A DNA stretch of 64,000 bases from Chryseolinea sp. (GTDB taxonomy: Bacteria; Bacteroidota; Bacteroidia; Cytophagales; Cyclobacteriaceae), in the NCBI GenBank assembly GCA_031412655.1, contig JANODK010000232.1, forward strand, positions 2,855 to 66,854, written 5' to 3'. This document shows, one piece after another, positions 59,646-64,000 of this stretch (the first letter of the stretch is position 1; the number at the start of each line of letters is the position of its first letter). The notes beneath the pieces are model-generated. The model had not been told where the DNA came from. It ran no database searches and saw only the letters and a list, made by a program, of their open reading frames with translations. The position numbers and the translations under genes are program-made.

Positions 59646-59714
59646 AAATCAATCCCTTAAATAATTATTGTACTTTTTACGCAAAATAGCTTGTAGTTTC
59701 TGAATCTTTGAAAC

Positions 59715-59738
59715 TATATTTGCGTATATATTACACAA
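59715..59738 (+). promoter_or_regulatory. -7 box TATATTTG overlapping a second NrtR-type site TTGCGTATATATTACACAA
   Basis: 15/19 identical to the 58943 site, with the same box/operator geometry. 12 nt before the nadM start. Confidence 0.55.
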
Positions 59739-59750
59739 ATACGAAAATAT

Positions 59751-60650
59751 ATGAACACCATCGGAGTTATCATCGCGCGATTTCAATCACCTTACCTTCA
59801 CGCAGGCCATAAAGACCTGATCGATTCAGTACGGAGGGATCACAACAAAATAGTCATTGTACTCGGAGTTTCTCCGGTATTGGGCAGCAGAAAAAATCCA
59901 CTTGATTTTCACACCCGTGAAAAGATGATCAAGAAAGATTATCCGGAGATAGTGGTTCTTCCGCTCTCCGATCATCCGATTGATTTAAAATGGTCACTAA
60001 ACCTGGATAGCCTATTAAGTAATTCATTTCCTGGATCAGGATTCAAATTATTTGGAAGTCGCAACAGCTTCATACCGTATTACAGTGGAAAGTATGAGGT
60101 AATCGAATTACAGGAAAATGGTTTGCATAATGCAACGTTGATACGCGAGCAAATTAGTAGCAAAGTATTGGACTCAGAAGAATTTCGGACGGGTGTTATT
60201 TATGCTTACTCCAATACCTATTTAAAAGTGTACCCTACAGTAGACATTGCAGTCTTTCGAAATAACAAAGCTGAAATACTACTTGGTAAAAAAGAAATCG
60301 ATAACAAGTGGCGATTGTTGGGCGGATTTTCTGATCCGACCGATGATAGCTATGAAGATGCTGCCAGACGAGAACTTGCAGAAGAATGCGGTCCGATTGA
60401 GATCACTGAAATGAAGTACGAAAAATCCTTTCGGGTTAATGACTGGCGTTACCGATCGGAATCCGATAAAATAATCACCAGTCTCTTTTCAACGGATTAC
60501 GTTATCGGTTATCCAAAAGGAAGTGATGATATTGGTGAAGTAAGATGGTTTGCTTTTAGTGAAGTGCAAGCAATGATTACACAACACATTACGGCAGAAG
60601 AGCATGCACCTCAACTTCAGCATTTAATTTCAAAATACAGTTCTAAATAA
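59751..60650 (+). CDS. nadM: Bifunctional NMN adenylyltransferase / Nudix hydrolase
   Basis: N-terminal GVIIARFQSPYLHAGH nucleotidyltransferase motif and a C-terminal Nudix box GGFSDPTDDSYEDAARRELAEECG. Confidence 0.85.
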   Translation: MNTIGVIIARFQSPYLHAGHKDLIDSVRRDHNKIVIVLGVSPVLGSRKNPLDFHTREKMIKKDYPEIVVLPLSDHPIDLKWSLNLDSLLSNSFPGSGFKLFGSRNSFIPYYSGKYEVIELQENGLHNATLIREQISSKVLDSEEFRTGVIYAYSNTYLKVYPTVDIAVFRNNKAEILLGKKEIDNKWRLLGGFSDPTDDSYEDAARRELAEECGPIEITEMKYEKSFRVNDWRYRSESDKIITSLFSTDYVIGYPKGSDDIGEVRWFAFSEVQAMITQHITAEEHAPQLQHLISKYSSK

Positions 60651-60656
60651 TCTTTT

Positions 60657-62084
60657 ATGAAAACTCATAATCTTTTATTGTTGGCCGATGCTTACAAATA
60701 TTCTCACCACAAACTATATGCTCCCGGAACCACAAAAATTTATTCTTATCTGGAAAGTAGGGGAGGTCAGTTTGACGAAACGGTCTTTTATGGACTGCAA
60801 TATTATTTAAAAGAATATTTGCAAGGTGAAGCCTTTACCAAAGAAGACGTTGATGAAGCAGAAGAAATTTTGAATGGTGTATTCGGGAGGAAAGGTGTAT
60901 TTGACAGAACCATCTTTAATTACATCCTGAATCAATATGGTGGACGTCTGCCAATAAAAATAAAAGCCGTACCTGAAGGTTCGGTAGTTCCGGTAAAGAA
61001 TGTTCTAATGACAATTGAGAATACAGATCCGAAATGTTTTTGGCTCACTAATTTTTTGGAAACACTGCTGATGCAAATATGGTATCCATCAACAGTAGCG
61101 ACCTTATCTCGTGAAATTCGGAAAGTAGTGGAAACGAACTTTGAATTGTCAGCGGATGAAGTTTCGAAAGCTTCAATTGATTTTGTTCTCAATGACTTTG
61201 GTTTTCGTGGCGTAAGCTCAGTTGAGAGTGCCGGTCTTGGTGGTTCGGCTCACTTACTCAATTTTATGGGCAGCGATACCGTGCATGCCTCTGCCTTTGC
61301 GAAGAAGTATTACGATGCTAAAAAAGTTTATGGTATGTCTGTTCCGGCTACAGAGCACTCTATTATGACGTTGATGGGCGCTGCGGGTGAAAAGGAAATA
61401 TTCAATCATGTATTAAATGCATATCCCGATAGAATACTTTCTTGTGTAAGCGACTCGTACGATATTTTTAATGCAGTAGGAGAACTTTGGGGTAAAGAAT
61501 TCAAAGACAAAATTCTCCTGCGCAAGGGTACATTGGTTATCCGTCCTGATTCAGGTGATCCTGTGAAAACATTGTTAAAAGTATTTGAAATACTCTTTGA
61601 CCGTTTTGGGTATGAAACCAATAGTAAAGGTTACCGTGTGTTACCCAAGCAGGTAAGGGTTATTCAGGGGGATGGAATTGATTATGAATCCATTCAATTG
61701 ATTTATGATGCGCTATTAAAGAATAATATTTCAGCAGAAAACCTGGTGCTGGGCATGGGAGGCGCTTTACTTCAAAAAGTAAATCGTGACACGCAAAAGT
61801 TTGCACTCAAATGTTCTTTTGCAGAAGTGAATGGAAAAGAAGTAGAGGTTCAAAAATCACCTATGGAAATCAACGAAAATGGTCAGTTGATTCCTTCTTT
61901 TAAAAAGTCGAAAGCTGGGCGATTGAAATTGATTCAAACGGGAAATGGATTCAATACGGTAAAGGAGGGTGAATCAGGAGATGATATCCTTGAAACGGTA
62001 TTTGAGAATGGAATAATTAAAAAGACCTATACCTTTGAAGATATTCGCGAACGCGCTTCAATTCATTCTTTACTAAACGCCTGA
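60657..62084 (+). CDS. nadV: Nicotinamide phosphoribosyltransferase
   Basis: LLLADAYKYSHHKLY, GFRGVSS, SDSYD and VIRPDSGDP motifs of NAMPT. Confidence 0.92.
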   Translation: MKTHNLLLLADAYKYSHHKLYAPGTTKIYSYLESRGGQFDETVFYGLQYYLKEYLQGEAFTKEDVDEAEEILNGVFGRKGVFDRTIFNYILNQYGGRLPIKIKAVPEGSVVPVKNVLMTIENTDPKCFWLTNFLETLLMQIWYPSTVATLSREIRKVVETNFELSADEVSKASIDFVLNDFGFRGVSSVESAGLGGSAHLLNFMGSDTVHASAFAKKYYDAKKVYGMSVPATEHSIMTLMGAAGEKEIFNHVLNAYPDRILSCVSDSYDIFNAVGELWGKEFKDKILLRKGTLVIRPDSGDPVKTLLKVFEILFDRFGYETNSKGYRVLPKQVRVIQGDGIDYESIQLIYDALLKNNISAENLVLGMGGALLQKVNRDTQKFALKCSFAEVNGKEVEVQKSPMEINENGQLIPSFKKSKAGRLKLIQTGNGFNTVKEGESGDDILETVFENGIIKKTYTFEDIRERASIHSLLNA

Positions 62085-62085
62085 T

Positions 62086-63009
62086 ATGGAAAACACAACA
62101 AAGCTGTATGCCACCAGCACAGCTCAATCCCTTGGTACGGCTATCGCCAAACAGCTTGGCCAGCCTCTTTATTACACACACGTAGAAAAATTTTCGGATG
62201 GTGAATTATTCGTAAAGTTCAATGAAAGTATTCGCGGACAAATTGTTTTTCTGATCAGTAAAGTGAATATGCCGTATGAAAATTTTTTCGAATTGCTGCT
62301 TACGGTTGATGCGGCCCGAAGATCATCAGCCAAGGAAGTTATTCTGGTGCTGCCCTTTTTACCTCATAGTCGTCAGGAGCGCAGAGACGGACAGCGAACA
62401 GCGATCTCATCACGGATGGTGGCCGATATGATTCAACTCATGGGCGCAGACCGGCTCATCACATTAGATCTGCATACCAATGCCATCGAAGGATTTTATA
62501 AAATTCCGGTTGACCCGCTCTCTTCGTTGAAGCTTTTCCTGGGCCACATACAACAATCCAATATTGAGCACCTCTGTTTGTGTAGTCCTGACTTTGGCGG
62601 CATTAAACGAATGAAGCAATACAAAAAGAACCTGGACTGCGACATGGTGGTCATCAATAAAGAAAGATTAAAACCAAATGCAGTGGCGAGCATGGAAATT
62701 ATCGGGGATGTAAAAGATAAAAATGTCATCATTATTGACGACCTCGTTGATACCGCTGGTACTTTATGCAAAGCTGCTGATTTACTGATTGATCACGGAG
62801 CGCTTTCTGTAAAAGCATATTGCACGCATGGTGTTTTGAGCGACCCTGCGTTGGACAATCTAAGCAAGTCAAAAATACAGAAGCTTTTTATATCCGACAC
62901 TGTAATGGAAGTGGTGAATCATCCGAAGGTGGAAATTGTCAGTTGTTCTTCTGTGCTTGCAACAGCCATTGAAAATATTATATGCAATAAAAGTTTGAGC
63001 CAATTATGA
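62086..63009 (+). CDS. prs: Ribose-phosphate pyrophosphokinase
   Basis: LPHSRQERR, DLHTNAIEGF and the PRPP-binding loop IIIDDLVDTAGT. Confidence 0.92.
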   Translation: MENTTKLYATSTAQSLGTAIAKQLGQPLYYTHVEKFSDGELFVKFNESIRGQIVFLISKVNMPYENFFELLLTVDAARRSSAKEVILVLPFLPHSRQERRDGQRTAISSRMVADMIQLMGADRLITLDLHTNAIEGFYKIPVDPLSSLKLFLGHIQQSNIEHLCLCSPDFGGIKRMKQYKKNLDCDMVVINKERLKPNAVASMEIIGDVKDKNVIIIDDLVDTAGTLCKAADLLIDHGALSVKAYCTHGVLSDPALDNLSKSKIQKLFISDTVMEVVNHPKVEIVSCSSVLATAIENIICNKSLSQL

Positions 63010-63422
63010 TTATTCGTGCGATTGAAAACTGCATTCGACATGCAACTGAAAAGAACTGGCCTAAAACATATTGGGCTTTTGATATTCATGGAACCATTCT
63101 GAAACCAAATTATACGCGGGATGAAATCAGTCGTGAGTTTTATCCTCATGCCAAAGAGGTGATGCAGCAATTAAGCAAGCGCGAAGACATTGTCAGGATT
63201 TTGTACACTTGCTCGTATCCAATTGAAATTGAACAATACATTGCCTATTTCAAAGAACACGATATTCATTTCGATTACATCAACCAGAATCCCGAGGTGG
63301 CGGATGGTGGCTACGGATATTATAAAGACAAATTCTACTTCAATGTATTGATGGACGATAAAGCAGGATTTGATGGAGAAGGAGATTGGAAACTGATTCT
63401 GGATTTGCTTCAAGCCAAATGA
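63006..63422 (+). CDS. Small HAD-like hypothetical protein with a variant motif I (FDIHGT)
   Basis: 138 aa. Its start overlaps the prs stop. DIHGT sits where HAD phosphatases have DxDxT. The assignment is tentative. Confidence 0.45.
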   Translation: MIIRAIENCIRHATEKNWPKTYWAFDIHGTILKPNYTRDEISREFYPHAKEVMQQLSKREDIVRILYTCSYPIEIEQYIAYFKEHDIHFDYINQNPEVADGGYGYYKDKFYFNVLMDDKAGFDGEGDWKLILDLLQAK

Positions 63423-63466
63423 AATACCTATATATTTGGTAACAATATCTTACCGAATATTAAAAT

Positions 63467-64000
63467 ATGTATTTATTGTTTCCCGGCCGTCATCATCTGT
63501 TAACGCAATTTCAATTCAACTACCTCTCTGGCCTGTTAGGCAAGTCATTGAAGGATAGAAAGGATATCAATGATCAACCTTTAGACTTGAATCAAAAAGT
63601 TGATGCGATCATTTTTGCTGTAACGTCAGCGAATCATAGTAATACGCGTAGAAATCCTTTACCATTTTACATCCGGGCATTGGCACTGGAAGAATTTGGA
63701 AAGTCACTTTCAGTTCCTTGTTTTATTTATGGGATTGATGATGTGGGGAGTGTAAAGAATTTTTCGAGCTACACAGTTAAACGAATCAAACACGAAAGTG
63801 AAGGTATGTTTGATTTGAGTCCGGATAATACCGTAGCGATTTGTTCAACACCGGTTCTGGAAATGTATGTAGCAGAAGGATTTAAAATTCTTCCTGCCGA
63901 ATTGATTGATCGAAAAACCTGGAAGCATAATACACTTTTGCCCTGGGACATTGTAGAAAGAATTTCGGTTCGTTCAGATTGGGATCAGGATGAAACAATT
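63467..64000 (+). CDS. NMNAT-fold-like protein with a non-canonical first motif; 3' end beyond the window
   Basis: Absent from the ORF track because it runs off the edge. MYLLFPGRHHLLTQFQ...AIIFAVTSANHSNTRRNPLPFYIRALALEEF is collinear with archaeal NadM (GRMQPFHRGH...ICIGSAQ.SHS.R.PF), but the HxGH histidines are replaced. Confidence 0.5.
   Translation, partial: MYLLFPGRHHLLTQFQFNYLSGLLGKSLKDRKDINDQPLDLNQKVDAIIFAVTSANHSNTRRNPLPFYIRALALEEFGKSLSVPCFIYGIDDVGSVKNFSSYTVKRIKHESEGMFDLSPDNTVAICSTPVLEMYVAEGFKILPAELIDRKTWKHNTLLPWDIVERISVRSDWDQDETI

Noticed and set aside
58962-64000. Idea that the nadM-nadV-prs block is a prophage-borne NAD-reconstitution (NARP) counter-defence cassette
   Set aside because: It is headed by a canonical NrtR with matching operators. 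It is flanked by ordinary chromosomal genes, and no phage structural or lysis genes are visible. It is kept only as context in the finding.

Overview
Chromosomal window from a Bacteroidota genome. The assignment rests on TAnnTTTG-type promoters, T9SS-sorted proteins, dialkylresorcinol/flexirubin-type genes and Bacteroidota-style integrase and hybrid kinase architectures. Most of it is ordinary metabolism and housekeeping: valS, an SLC13 transporter, an ACMSD-like decarboxylase, an L-fucose utilisation cluster (fucP, lactonase, SDR, mutarotase, Ldh_2), a CDF transporter, a GH3 locus with an NrtR-family regulator, ggt, mlaEF-like genes, tRNA-Thr(UGU), a photolyase-related cluster, and an NrtR-controlled NAD salvage operon (nadM-Nudix, nadV, prs). 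There are several accessory or unusual pockets. (1) At the left edge, a truncated tyrosine integrase and a WYL regulator sit divergent from a terminator-bounded two-gene module of unknown function, with phased ATACAG repeats in between. (2) A halogenase/darB/darA/ABC/ACP/KS-CLF pigment-type cluster is interrupted by dinD, which carries a perfect 13-bp-arm palindrome upstream. (3) Two exported TPR-caspase paralogues flank an outer-membrane beta-barrel gene. (4) A roughly 6.9-kb block lies between two near-identical relics of an FtsX-type permease C-terminus. It encodes a T9SS-sorted protein, a collagen/S74 tail-fibre-like protein, a Cys/Asp-rich MopE-like protein and a TPR hybrid kinase. (5) A GH140-like pseudogene with three lesions lies next to the tRNA. 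No CRISPR array, rRNA or transposase was seen. My best candidates for an undescribed system are the WYL-linked two-gene module, the caspase-OMP-caspase triad and the phage-free tail-fibre/T9SS cluster. All three are inference from sequence reading only, with no database searches.
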